Source of the DNA: Massalongia carnosa
Lineage: Eukaryota
NCBI GenBank assembly: GCA_965645245.1
Contig: OZ287083.1
Coordinates: forward strand, 868,001 to 932,000
Direction of reading: 5' to 3'
Length of the DNA: 64,000 bases
Shown: piece after piece, positions 25,301-38,300 of the stretch
How positions within the stretch are numbered: position 1 is the stretch's first letter
How the letters are laid out: each line of letters begins with the position of its first letter
Program-made: the position numbers and the translations under genes
Notes under the pieces: model-generated
What the model was told of the DNA's origin: nothing
Databases searched by the model: none
What the model saw: only the letters and a program-made list of their open reading frames with translations

Positions 25301-26342
25301 GACTTTATCAAAAATTCAATCAATAAACGCCGATAAATCGCAAATTTTACTCTATACCGATGGATCAAAAACGGACTTTTCAACTTCCGCTGTCACATTT
25401 GCACCAATTACGCGAAATTGGAACAATTTCACCGATAACTTCAATCGTTTTATCGAAAAAGATTGTCTCCTCAAACATCATACGATTTCGAAAAGCTGGA
25501 AATTAAACAAATAGTCAAGCGTTAAAAACGCTGAACTGTATGCGATACTACAAGCAATAAAATGGGCATACAAAATGACAATTGCGAATATTCTCTTCAA
25601 TTTGGAAAAAACGATTTGGATTTTTTCCGATAGCATAAACGCGATAAACGAAATTCAGAACTTGACAAATCATACTTACGCAAAACAAATTCGAAAATTC
25701 TCGAAATGCTTATTCGGAAACAATTATCAGGTGGTTCTACAATGGATTCCTGGTCATTCGAAAATCGTCGAAAATGAAATTGCAGATAAAGCAGCAAAAG
25801 CGTGACATAGTCAAATCCTAGTCGAGTCTTCGATAATAACATTTGATTATGTGAAGGGTCAAATAAATCGAAATATGTTAGCCACATGGGCGAATCAATG
25901 GCAACAATGCAAGTCAAAAGGCAAATACTATGAGAAATTCGAAATGCAGCCGGGCAAAACGAGTTTTTATTATCTGTCGAATAATTGTTCTAAATTAATA
26001 TTTGCAACTATTATGCAAATGAAATTCGGACACGGTTATTTTCGATCATATCTGCACCGATTGAAAGATTATAATTCGTCAAAATGCACAGGGCGCTGCA
26101 ACGAACGTCAAACGCCAGAACACTTATTGATGAATTGCATACATTATTCAAATGAAATCCTAAACATGAAACAAAATATCGATACCACAATTACTTTCAA
26201 AATATTGTTTAATACTAGGATCGGAAATAATATTTTGATTAAATTTATTGTTGATAACAAAATCGCGACTAGAAAATGGATGCTGGGTCAGCTCGATGAC
26301 GAAAAAATCGAAACGGGAGGTTGGGGAGAGATCGAACAGTAA
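22325..26342 (+). pseudogene. LINE ORF2, disrupted
   Basis: 4-bp duplication frameshift near 24205-24212 and stops at 25512-25514 and 25803-25805. Confidence 0.92.
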
Positions 26343-29197
26343 AATTAGAAATGATTTATGCTGGAATATTCACGAGCTTTACAAAAACAAATTTTAAAAT
26401 CGTTATTTCGATTACTAAAGGTTGTTACTAACACGGAGTAAAAACGGGGCAATATTGACGATACATAGTTGGGTTATAAAGGGTTGATTTATTTGTAAAA
26501 TAAAACCATATCTTAAAATAGTTTAGTGTCATAACCTTAGGTTGAATACACTTAATGAATAAATAAAAAAAAATTCTAGAAAAGTCAACCAGGTTTGTTG
26601 TTTTGCTTTTCGCACTGCATGAAAATACTCGATTCGACTATGTTTAAACGTCCGATGACTAAAATCGGACGGATAATTCTTCCATTCTCGACGATGTCTG
26701 CACATGGTTTTTCGAAGTTCGGTTAAATCTTGCGACCACTAATTTTCCTATTTTGCACATATTTTTGTTTTCGGAATAAACATTTCAGCCGCGTTTTTGA
26801 TAATGTATTGCAAATATATCGCTGATTCGTCTAATTGATGATTATTCAATAAACTTTAAACTTGTGATTCGTAGATGATTGAATTTTCGTCTAGAAACTT
26901 CGCAAATATATTCCAATCGGCTTTATTGCAATTATATTTATTCGATAACGCGGTAGCATGTGACGTAAAATTTTTGAACGATGTGATTAGTTCAAATCAG
27001 ACGACTTCATGATCTGAACCTGTGACCGCGTTTTCATCGATTGACCAATTTGTAACTGCATTTTCGATTTTATAATTTGCAAATGTCAAATCAATAACAG
27101 ATCAAGAACTTCCAGAATGGGCGGTGTTTATCAAACTACACTTATTTAATTTAAACCATTTGACTAGATTTTCTGATCTAATTGCTTTTTGGATTTTCGA
27201 ATTCTACCAGTTATGATATGCATTGAAATCTCCACATATGACGAATTTATCAGTTGATGTAGGTTGATATTCGATTAAAAGTCGATCGATCGTGTATGTT
27301 TCTCGATCACTTTGACTTTTTTCGTTATAGATATTGAAAATCTGCACTTTCCGAACTTCATCAATTGTAATTTCAATAATTTGCATATCGAAATCGTCAA
27401 TAAGATCCGTTCTAGGCGTGCTTTGCAGTTTAAGATTGCCTTTTGTGACAAATATAGCTACTCTCGAGCGATAAGTCGCTATTTTTGGCATAATACATGT
27501 AAATGACGGATATGATATTGTTTTCTGATCTCGTGTCCATGGTTTCTGAAACAAAACAATATTAATTTGATTTGATGAAGCATATTCCCATTATGAAATT
27601 AATGCATTCGTTGACTTTGCACAATTATGTTGTATAAATTTAACATTTTGTGTATTTTCGATGTTTGTCAAACGAATGTTTTCCTGCCATTACAAAGCGG
27701 CTAATTCGTCAGTCGATTTACGTACATTTAACGATATAACCATTTCACAATTTTCATCCTTGGATTGATGATTCGTGTTGCAATTCGCGCATTTGATGAC
27801 GACGTGTGCACACACTATTTCGGTTTTACATGTTGTGCATTCATGTTTGCGTATGTCATGATTTTGCGCATATATGCTGCATTTCGCTTGACTTTTGCAT
27901 TGATAATGCTTGTGTCTAATTTTTGACAATTAATGCATTGTGTGTTTGAACGAACGGAGGTAAATATTTCCTTGTCACAATGTCGGCCCGCGATATTGAC
28001 TCCTTTTAACGCGTTCAAGGCCATATTTCGATCATTGAATGTCAAAACAACGGATGATTTGATCTTGTTATGACGATCACGTGCTAACTATCTGGGAACA
28101 TCGCATAATTGCATGTTCGAATTGAAATTTTGAATTTACTCTTGCAAATATTGCATGTTTTCATCAAATGTTGCAATATTTACACCGTGTGCGACGACTT
28201 TGAACCACGATTCGTCCTTTCGAACTGTTCGTTGGTCGAATAAATGCTTCCATATTGATTTATTGTTCAATAAATCTTCAGCAGTGTTATCAGGACTAGT
28301 ATTCAGAACGATATTTTGACTCGTTTTGGACTTTTCGACTGTGTTAACAACGATAGTCAATTTCGCGTCTTTAAAATGCGAATTGACTTGGTTTCGAAGC
28401 AACAGTGAATCGATATCGCCGATTCTGGCTTTCTATGTGATTATCAACCGTCGAGATTTGATCGCCCTGAAATCGTCAGTATTATCGAATTTGTTCGCAT
28501 TCGAATTATTGTTATTGTTCTTGTTTGTTTTTTTTGATCGAGGAACGGTAGTCCAATTTTCGGAAATGACAGTCGCTTTTCCGAGTATTCGGCTCCATAT
28601 TCTAGCTGTGTCATTGACTTGCGGCCCCGGGACCCCGGCGGTTTCGCTCCGAATTGCTGGGTTGATATTTTTTGTCAATTCCGAATTTCTATTTTGAAGT
28701 TCTATTCGAATTTGTCTGTATAGGTCGCAACGATGGTCTCTTTGTTTCTGGAATTTTGCTAGTTTGTTCTTGCACCCTATTCAATTTCCAATCAATCATT
28801 TCTAACGTTGCTTTATTTAGGCTTGATTGATTTCTTTGCCAATAAAGAATTGACGTGATCAATGACAATAGCCGTTTCGGGGTTTTGATCCAGTACGAAT
28901 GACTCCAATAATGCATTTTTTGCCCTATTCAATAGTTGAATCGATTTTGTTCGATTGATGACTTCTTGACTTTCAATCGAATGTTCGTCAAATATTCGTC
29001 TTTTGTTGCGTTTAATTGGTAGACTAAGTTGAATATCAGAATTCGATGATAGCATGGGCAGATTAATCGTGCCAAAACACTAAACCCCAACCGAGTCAAG
29101 GGGTCTAGTGCCCGACGGTCTACTGACGCATACAGTCTACTGACGCACTTTTCCCATTTTCACTACCATTTCTGCTACAAATCAAGGACAACAACGG

Positions 29198-32019
29198 TTA
29201 TGCAGAAACTGATTGATTATGACGCTGGTAAAATAGCTTCGCTTGTCTGGGCATCGATCTGGCGATTATTTTATACCTTTTGTCCAGGGCAATCTGCTTC
29301 TTTTCAGCAGCTAGTGTAGCACGTTCATAGGCCAGTCTGGTCTTTTCCACCTCGTTCTGACAACGTTTCGATGTTTTGGCCCGTACATCTCCTACAGTTA
29401 TGACCCCTCCCTTCTGGGCGACCTTTCCATCCAATTTTCTACGCGCCGCCTTCGCGATGGACTGTTGTTCACTGTCTCGAAGGTCCCGCTCAATAATCTG
29501 ACGTGCATGCGCATTGGAAATAGAGCCCTTCACAAATCGATTCACATGACAATCCCATTCATCATCCAGCACGTTGTATTTCTTCAAACTCATTCGAAGG
29601 TGTAAGCCTTATTTAACCACCTCTTTAGTCGTACGGGGCGTTCTGGCGAGCAGAGGGGCTGACAAAGGTGGGGGCGGGGTAGCAGGCCTCCGAGTTTGAG
29701 TTGCCTCCAGCTTTCGAATTATCACATTGGGGTTATAAGGCACCAGACCCGTGTTTCTGAATGACGATAATATGGTAGATGAGGTGAATGTTTGATTTCG
29801 CATGCGCTGAAAAATGGACAAAAAATCCAGTTTGTCGAAATCTGCCCCTCCGAGTCGCACCATTTTGTTAATGCCTTCGGAATAATAATGTTTGAACGGC
29901 TGAAAACATCCTACATCCAATGGCTGAGTGAGATGTGTTGAATGAGGAGGCAAACGAAACAATTCAATGTGATTTCGTTTGGCATATTTAAAAAACTCAT
30001 ATGTCATATGATGAGATCCATACCCGTCCATGATCAACATACGCCAGGCCCCTACCTGACCCTTTCGACTGTGTTTATCGTAATGTTTCAACCAATCAAT
30101 AGCCAAATCTCGATTTATAGAAAAAGATTGTCTGATCAAGTATCATACGATTTCGAAAAGCTGGAAATTAAGCGAACAGTCAAGCATTAAAAATGCTGAA
30201 CTGCATGCAATTTTACAAGCAATAAAATGGGTCTATAAATTGTCTAATACTAATATTTTATCGAACTTGGAAAAAACGATTTGGATTTTTTCTGATAGTA
30301 TAAACGCGATAAACGAAATTCAGAACTTGAAAAATCATATTTTCGCAAGACAAATTCGAAAGCTCGCAAAACGCTTATTTGAAAGCAATTATCAGGTGAT
30401 TTTGCAATGGGTTCCGAGTCATTCAGATATTACCGAAAACGAAATTGCAGACAAAATAGCAAAGACGGGCCATAATCAAATCCTAGTCGAGTCCTCGGCT
30501 ATAACATTTGATTATGTAAAAGATCAAATAAATCAAAATATGCTAACCACATGGACGAATCAATGGCAACAATGCAAATCAAAAGGCAAATACTACGAGA
30601 AATTCGAAATGAAACCTGGCATATCGAGATTTTATTATTTATGAAACAACTGTTCCAAATTGATATTTGCTACTATTATGCAATTAAAATTCGGACACGG
30701 CTATTTTCGTTCATATTTACATCGATTGAAAGATTATAATTCGTCAAAATGCTCCAATCGATGCAATCAACGACAAACGCCAGAACACTTGTTATTGAAT
30801 TGCATTCACTATTTCGATGAAATTCAAAACATGAAACAAACCATCGATACTACGATCAACTTGAATATGTTGTTTAATACAAAAATCGGAAATGACATTT
30901 TGATTAAATTCATTGTCAATAACAAAATCGCGACTAGAAAATGGATACTAGGTCAGCTTGATGACGATATTTTCGAAACTGGAGGTTGGGGAGAGATCGA
31001 ACAGTAAAATCAGAAACGATTTATGCTGAAACAGTTACGAACTTACAAAGATAAATTGTAAAATCGATAATTTTCGATTACTATAGGTTGTTACTAACAC
31101 GGAGTAAAAATGGGGAAAAATTGACGATACATAGATGGGTTATAAAGGGTTGATTTATTTGTAATATAGAAACATATCCTAAAATAGTTTAGTGTCATAA
31201 CCTTAGGTTGAATACACTTAATGAATAAATAAAAAAAAAAACAATAGCCAAATCATCATTGGAATAGCCGGTAGGACTAGTAGTCAACCAAACATCGTCA
31301 TTCAGATCGTTTTGTTGTGTCCACTTTTCGAGAATCAAAGCCCCCGCGATAATCACCATGGGGGGAATGTTTCCCCCCCCAGCACTAATACACTCACACG
31401 AGGTAACATATTCTCTATTATCTGGATCTGTCAATAGCAAGGGCTTTCTGGAGTGAGTTGATATAACCCAATGAGCCCTGCCACAGTCAATTCGAAAGCC
31501 CGTTTCATCCATGTTCCAAACGTCCTCGTCCACTATTCCCCGCGTCTTTCACGCAGTTTGATATGCTTCAAAATACTCGAGCATGTCCTTTGCATCGTGC
31601 GCGTGTTTTCGCTCAGCGGCCAGAGGTTTTTGTTTTCGCTTGAAAAATTGAGGATGACGATTGAGGAAACGTTTGGTCCAGGCCTCCCTGACGTGAGGGG
31701 GGGGGATGGAGGCGTCTAAATGAGCTTCTCGAAGTAGATAATTAGCAGCCCCCCGAACCATTGAAAACTTGGCTGATTGTTCGGCTTGATCGAGCATCAC
31801 AATATATTCAAAAAGGGCCAATTCTTGTTCATCAGAAAAGGCCTTGTTGGGGCCAGATCGACCGATGCGCGAACCCCCTCCAGCATGTCGTCTTTGAAGC
31901 GTACGAATGTCGACATCGATATAAATGGCTACTGCGCGTATACTTCGAAATTCACCCATGTTCCACGCGTTTATAGCATCGACAATTTGATACTCCTTAT
32001 TAGAATATGAGTTAGGCAT
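29198..32019 (-). pseudogene. Fot1/pogo transposase (HTH, CENP-B-type HTH, DDE_1)
   Basis: Motifs WNMDETGF, LIMDGYGSH and LPPHSTHLTQPLDVGCF. Two in-frame stops plus the LINE insertion. Confidence 0.93.
30110..31241 (+). mobile_element. 5'-truncated LINE subfamily B inside the pogo element
   Basis: RNase H end, CCHC, 3' UTR and poly(A). 13-bp TSD caatagccaaatc (30097-30109, 31242-31254). Confidence 0.95.
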
Positions 32020-32521
32020 GGTGGTGGTAGATGAAAGACGTGGTGAAAATGGTAGTGAAAATGGTAGTGAAAATAGGAAAAGTGCGTCAGTAGACTGTGT
32101 GCGTCAGTAGACCGTCGGGCACTAGACCCTGACTCGGTTGGGGTTTAGTGTTTTGGCACGATTAGTACTGAATTCACCAGATGGCGCGACAAAAGATTTC
32201 GCTTTTGGGGTGGGTGTGGACGGTGCGGACGAAAATTCTCGCGTTTGGTCCATGGCCTCCGTGAACTCTACGGTTAGGGGGGTGCTCCCAATTATCGCTA
32301 CCGAAGATGGCGCGGGGGAGTCGGTTCGGGGGGGGCCCGGAGGCGTAGTAGGGCGCAGCCATAGATGTTTCGGAGGGGGGCCTGGGGGTGGAGTTGTTGG
32401 TATCAACCGATTTGGTCTATGACCTATCGGGTTAAACCTTCGATTGAGCATAGTGTTTTTTGCCTTTTCAATATCCCTTTTATCGCCACCAAATAATTTA
32501 TTCTGACGTTCCCCGGACGTA

Positions 32522-33848
32522 CAAATCGAGTACCAGAAGTCACCGATCGATGACGTCATTTTACCCCATCGAAAAAAACCCCCTCATTTCCAATCTCCCA
32601 TTTCTCCACCAAATTTCTTTCAATTTACCTCATGCCTTCAAAACCGAAGACCAAAAGACGTGAAAATTCAGCCAAGACCATTTCCACTATCATTGCCCTG
32701 CATCAGCTAAATAAATCCCATGGTCAAATAGCTGACCATTTGAAATTAGCTAAATCGACCGTTACCACCATTATACATCGTCATACCAGGTCTTCAGAAA
32801 AAATCCCATTGAGAAAAAAACGATTCGGTCGTCCCCCCAAGCTTGATGCCCGTGCCAGACGTCAATTAATTCGCCATGTGGAGAGGTTTCTCACGAAAAT
32901 CTACTGTCTTTGGCCACCCCTTCTAAAACGGGACAGAAGACCTCTCGCTCCACCGTACGAAGGTATCTGAAGGCGGCCGGTTATTTACGCTTTAAGGCTC
33001 GAAGGAAGCCCTTTCTAAATGAACGTCACAAGAAGGCTAGGCTGGCCTGGGCTCGAGAGCACAAGGAATAGACATTGAATGATTGGCTACGTGTTATATA
33101 GACAGATGAAGCTACGTTCGAAACGGGTTTAGACTCTCGAAGTTGCTATGTTACACGCCGAAAATGAAATGCATTTGAGGCTCGATACTTAAAGCCTACA
33201 TTCAAAAGTGGAGGAAGCACTATAGGCATTTGGGCAGCTATAACTCTGAGTTTCAAGGGACCGATGCTCGTTTTGACGAGAGGAAGACGAATGAACTCTG
33301 AAATCTACATTGAGGAGGTGCTAAAGCCGCTGGGAGTGCCCTTTTATGAAAGATGCGTGGCAAAGAGTGGTCTGATTATTTGGATAGATGATGGGGCTGC
33401 TTATCATACTTCAAAGAAGGTGCTTGATTTTGGACGAGAGGTAGGGCTTTTACGCATAAAATGGCCGGCTCAATCACCAGACCTCAACCCCATTGAGAAT
33501 CTGTGGCGTATCATCAAAATACGATTCAGTGCCCGTCGTCATCAAATTCATTCAGTTGAGGCCATGACGGAGGAATTGGTAAACGAATGGGACAAGTTGA
33601 CGGCGAGGGACTTTCAGAAGTGCATAGCGAGTATGCCTAAACGTTGTCACATGGTAATTAAGGCTCAGGGGGGGGGGCCATTAAATACTGATTATATCAT
33701 ATGATTTTTCATTCAAAATTTCATTAAATTTGAAAATTTGAGACCATACCATCAACTATTAAATTTATGGTAGGGGTTAAAAGTTAGGGTAAGGAGGTGA
33801 AATTTGATGGAGTGCGGGGCACGGTCGGTGACTTCTGGTATCCGACTG
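32522..33848 (+). mobile_element. Tc1-like (DD34E) DNA transposon, copy 1, defective transposase
   Basis: About 27-bp TIRs (cagtcggataccagaagtcaccga, left one degenerate) and TA TSD. Transposase from 32632 has GRPPKL, TDE and DDGA-(34)-DLNPIE, with a frameshift and stops. Confidence 0.94.
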
Positions 33849-34710
33849 TACTAGTCAGAACAGAATTTACACCTGTTTACTAGTCAAATGACTCTTTCTT
33901 TTATATCCCTATTTATTTGACTATAAAGCGTCAAATAAATCCTAATCGGGTTAAAATAGACTGTTCCGCTAAGGCAGTAAGTCTGATTAACCCTTTACCA
34001 GACACTATAATATGTGAAAAAAATATAAGTTTTATTTGCTTTTTTTCTATAAAGATAGATTTAATGCAATGTAAGATAATACGAGACTTCTTATTCTGAT
34101 TAATCCATGGACGAATCAACGGCAACAATGCAAATCAAAAGGCAAATACTACGAGAAATTCGAAATGAAACCTGGCATATCGAGATTTTATTATTTATCA
34201 ACCAACTATTCCAACTCGATATCTGCTACTATTATGCCTTTAAAGTTCGGACACGGCTATTTTCGATCATATTTACAGCGATTGAAAGATTATAAGTCGT
34301 CAAAATACACAAATCGATGCAATCAACGACAAACGCCAGAACACTTGTTATTGAATTGCATTAACTATTTCGATGAAATTTAAAACATGAAATAAAATAT
34401 CGATACTACGATCAACTTGACTATGTTGTTTAATACAAAAATCGGAAGTGATATTTTGATTAAATTCATTGTTAATAACAAAATCGCGACTAGAAAATGG
34501 ATACTAGGTCAGCTTGATGACGAGATTCTCGAAACTGGAGGTTGGGGAAAGATCGAACAGTAAAATCAGAAACGATTTATGCTGAAACATTCACGAACTT
34601 ACAAAGACAAATTGTAAAATCGATATTCTTCGATTACTATAGGTTGTTACTAACACGGAGTAAAAATGGGGAAGAATTGACGAGACATAGATGGGTTATA
34701 AAGGGTTGAT

Positions 34711-35206
34711 TGTAATAGCGCGGTAATACAGGACTGCGCTAGCTCCTGGGATGACTTACCCAAGAAGACCGGGTGACTGATAATCCGGATGCTTAGTCAT
34801 GATAAGGCGGATAGCAATTCTAAGCCAACAGTAATCAGCCTTACCAGTTTTTTAGGCAGCAACTGAAGCTATTAAGATAAGCCTCGATCTCATGGGAGGC
34901 CTGGGACGCCTAGGAGACCTCAGCTTAAGGCAACAAGGCTATCTGCTAGACCTCAGCTGAAGGCAACAAGGTTATCTGCTAGACCTCAGCTGAAGGCAGC
35001 AAGGCTATCTACTAGACCTCAGCTGAAGGCAACAAGGCAGACAGGTAACCAGACAAGAAGTTAGTAAATATGACCCCAAGGGGTATATAGAAAGCTCGAT
35101 TCCCATCTTCAGGGAATCAGCTTTTAGCTTTAGCATCTACCAATCTATTAACAGTTATTCTGAGCATTATAACCCATAAGGATTAGTGTCTACTGTCCCT
35201 CTTATA
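34711..35206 (+). repeat. 5' LTR of Gypsy-2
   Basis: Matches 40713-41426 once that copy's insert is removed. Contains about 3.8 copies of a 33-bp unit agacctcagctgaaggcaacaaggctatctgct (34915-35038). Confidence 0.94.
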
Positions 35207-35306
35207 ATTCTAAAAGCTCCATATCTTAGGATAGCTTGGTCCGACAGTTGATAGTTCAATCCTATCATACCTACCGTCCAAACAACTCAACCTATTTATC
35301 GTCAAC

Positions 35307-38300
35307 ATGAACACACGAGGACGAAGCGGCCAGAATTCGGCCAATCCCACGTCTAATCATTTTGATGACCTACTGGACTACGATACGCTGGAACAAATAC
35401 CACCAAACCAGCTAATCGACGAGATTAGAGCCATGCAGGCCCATTTGACCGAACAGACAGCAGCCATGCAGGCCCAGGCCACCTTGTTGACTCAGCAAAG
35501 TACCCGTCTCGCTGTCAATAAAAGGGAATTAGAACGACTGCACGAGGAAAGAGAGTCTCGTCGTCTTCCCTTCATGGAACGATCTTTCAGGTATAACCTC
35601 AAAGCTAAGCCGCCCGACCCGTATTATGGCAAGGGCAATAAGACCTTGTTCGAATTCACCAGACAATGCGAGGCTGTCTTTAGCACTAGTGGCATGCCTG
35701 AAACGGAACAAGATCGTCGTATAGCCTATGTAGGCAGCTACCTTCGAGACACCCCTAGCGACAATTGGCATGAGATACTATCACGAGGGGGTCATCTGAA
35801 TCTTACCTGGAAGGAGTTCAAAAAGAACCTCATGAATCAACTAGGCTCTACAGAAGTTTTCAAAGATCGAACTTGGATGCAGTACCATCATGCACAACAA
35901 CGTCCAAATGATACTGTTCAATCCTTTGCGGCCTACTTACAACGCCTACGAACAATATTAGCCGATGCAGATCCGGAACATCCTATTACCGAAGAACAGA
36001 TGGTCTAGAAGCTTCGTACGGGAGTCATACCAATAATTCGGAATTCCTTAGCACTAGGTCATCGACATCCCGCTACCATAGGGGAATTTATCAGTGATGC
36101 ACAACTAGCTAAGGTAGCGGCTGTGTTGCCATCATCAACAGGTAGAGGCTACTCCAAGCGGGAGCAAGGTGCCCCGGCTTCTAACGATCAGGGCCGCCGA
36201 GAACCATATCCAACTAATCATCTCGGAGGTCAAGGCGGAATAGGTCATCGAGGTAGTCATTACGGAAGAGGCAATAGAGGCGGAAGAGGCCGAGGCGGCA
36301 GGAATGCAGCTCCGGCTGGTACTAGCGCGCCGTCGAACAATAGCAATGCCATTCCGCTAGGCACTGTGACCGAGATACAAGACAATAACAAAAATAGCTA
36401 CTATAATTGTGGATCCCTCGAACATTGGGTAAAAGACTGTCCCCATCCAAAAAAATCATAGTCGCCGCTGCTGCCTCCCTACCGGCGACTACTATTAAAG
36501 AGGCATCGGCAAGTCCTAAGACATTGGAAGTCGCACCCTGCATAGAGTACGAAATAACGTACGCTAAAGAAACAGCAAAAGCACTAATTGACAGCGGAAG
36601 TGAAGTTAACCTTATTTCTAGAGCTTACGCAAATATATGCGCTCTGACAGTGTTACACTCCAGCGTCAGTTTGGAAGCTATTAATCACTAGCAAGTCATG
36701 ATACATGGCATGGGTCTGTTGGTGTTCGGGGTAACTGATCAATTAGATCAGCAACGTTTCTTTGAGGAAACATTCCTAATAGCAGATATACCTCATAATA
36801 TCGTGTTGGGCATGCCATTCCTGCAGCTAGCCAATCCCGATATCGATTAATCAGTAAGGACCCTGAATTGGCAAGAACTAAGCGTTCAATCGGCCCTGAT
36901 GACTACTCATCGGATAGAGATTATAGAACCAGTAATCTTCATAGAAGAGGCGTTATCAGAAGATACACTGACCTACGTGGTCCATGCTAAGGCACTAGGT
37001 ATAGATAATATCCATTCGAGCCGTCGAGCTAGAATAGCCTCAGTAAAGGTACAAGAAATCAAGGTCCCTGAGGCTTATAAGGATTTCGCAGATGTCTTTT
37101 CGGAAGATAGTGCAGCCGAGCTACCAGAGCACGGGCTACATGATCATGCGATTGACCTCGTGGATAGAAAGCAGCCTCCATATGGACCTATTTATAGCCT
37201 ATCAGAAACAGAGCTCACAGTGCTAAGGGCCTACCTCGATGCTCACCTGGCTAATAGGTTTATCCGGCTATCTACCTCACCAGCTGGAGCTCCTATTCTC
37301 TTCGTGCCTAAGGCAAATAGTACCCTGAGGCTCTGCGTAGATTATAGGGGTCTGAACAATCTGACAGTTAAAAATCGCTACCCGCTACCATTAGGAGGCG
37401 AGTCTTTAGATCGACTAGGATGGGCCAAACAGTATACCCAATTGGATTTGACTGCAGCCTATGATCGCATTAGAATTAAGAAAGGCGACGAATAGAAGAC
37501 AGCCTTTCGCACCCGTTATGGCTATTTCGAATACTGCGTCATGCCGTTCGGATTATCTAATGCTCCGGCCTCTTTCCAAGCCTATATCAATAAAGCGTTG
37601 GCAGTAAAACTGGATATCTTCTGTATCGTTTATTTGGATGATATACTTATCTATACCGAACAGAAGGGTAAGGCCCATGAAGATGCTGTTCGATGGGTGT
37701 TAGAACAACTCCGCAAGCATGGCTTATTTTGCAACTTACAAAAATGCCGATTCAGCACCGACGAAGTCGAATTCCTAGGCTATGTCATCAATCCTAAGGG
37801 TGTTTATATGCGAAAAGATCGCATCCAAACAGTGCAAAATTGGCCATGGCCCATATGCGTACGCGATGTACAGGTGTTCATAGGCTTCGCAAATTTCTAT
37901 AGACGATTCATTCGTGGGTTCAGTAAAATAGCAGGGCCACTTACCGCTATGCTGAAAACAAAGCCCGCTAATCATAGACAGAAACCACCTAAGGGTGTCG
38001 AAAGCGAGTTCTTTACGGAGGAAGCTCTAGAGGCTTTTGAGAAGCTGAAAAAGTCGTTCATAGAGGCCCCGGTACTAAGGCATTACGATGCTAGTAAACC
38101 AGTACGCGTGGAAACCGATACGTCAGGTTATGCTATTGGCGGCATATTGGCTCAGCAAGATGACGAGGGACAATGGCACCCTGTTGCCTATTACTCACGC
38201 AAGATGCTACCGGCTGAGCGTAATTACGAGACCCATAATGCTGAACTATTAGCGATAGTCGAGGCCTTCAAAATTTGGAGACATTAACTTGAGGGGTCGT

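Larger units (their letters stand above)
19829..26573 (+). mobile_element. Full-length Tad1-like LINE, subfamily A
   Basis: 14-bp TSD ttctagaaaagtca (19815-19828, 26574-26587), poly(A), colinear with 3007-9773. Confidence 0.97.
29066..32162 (-). mobile_element. pogo/Fot1-like DNA transposon (about 1.95 kb net) interrupted by a LINE
   Basis: About 105-bp TIRs starting atcgtgccaaaacactaaacccc, with TA duplication (29064-29065, 32163-32164). Confidence 0.95.
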
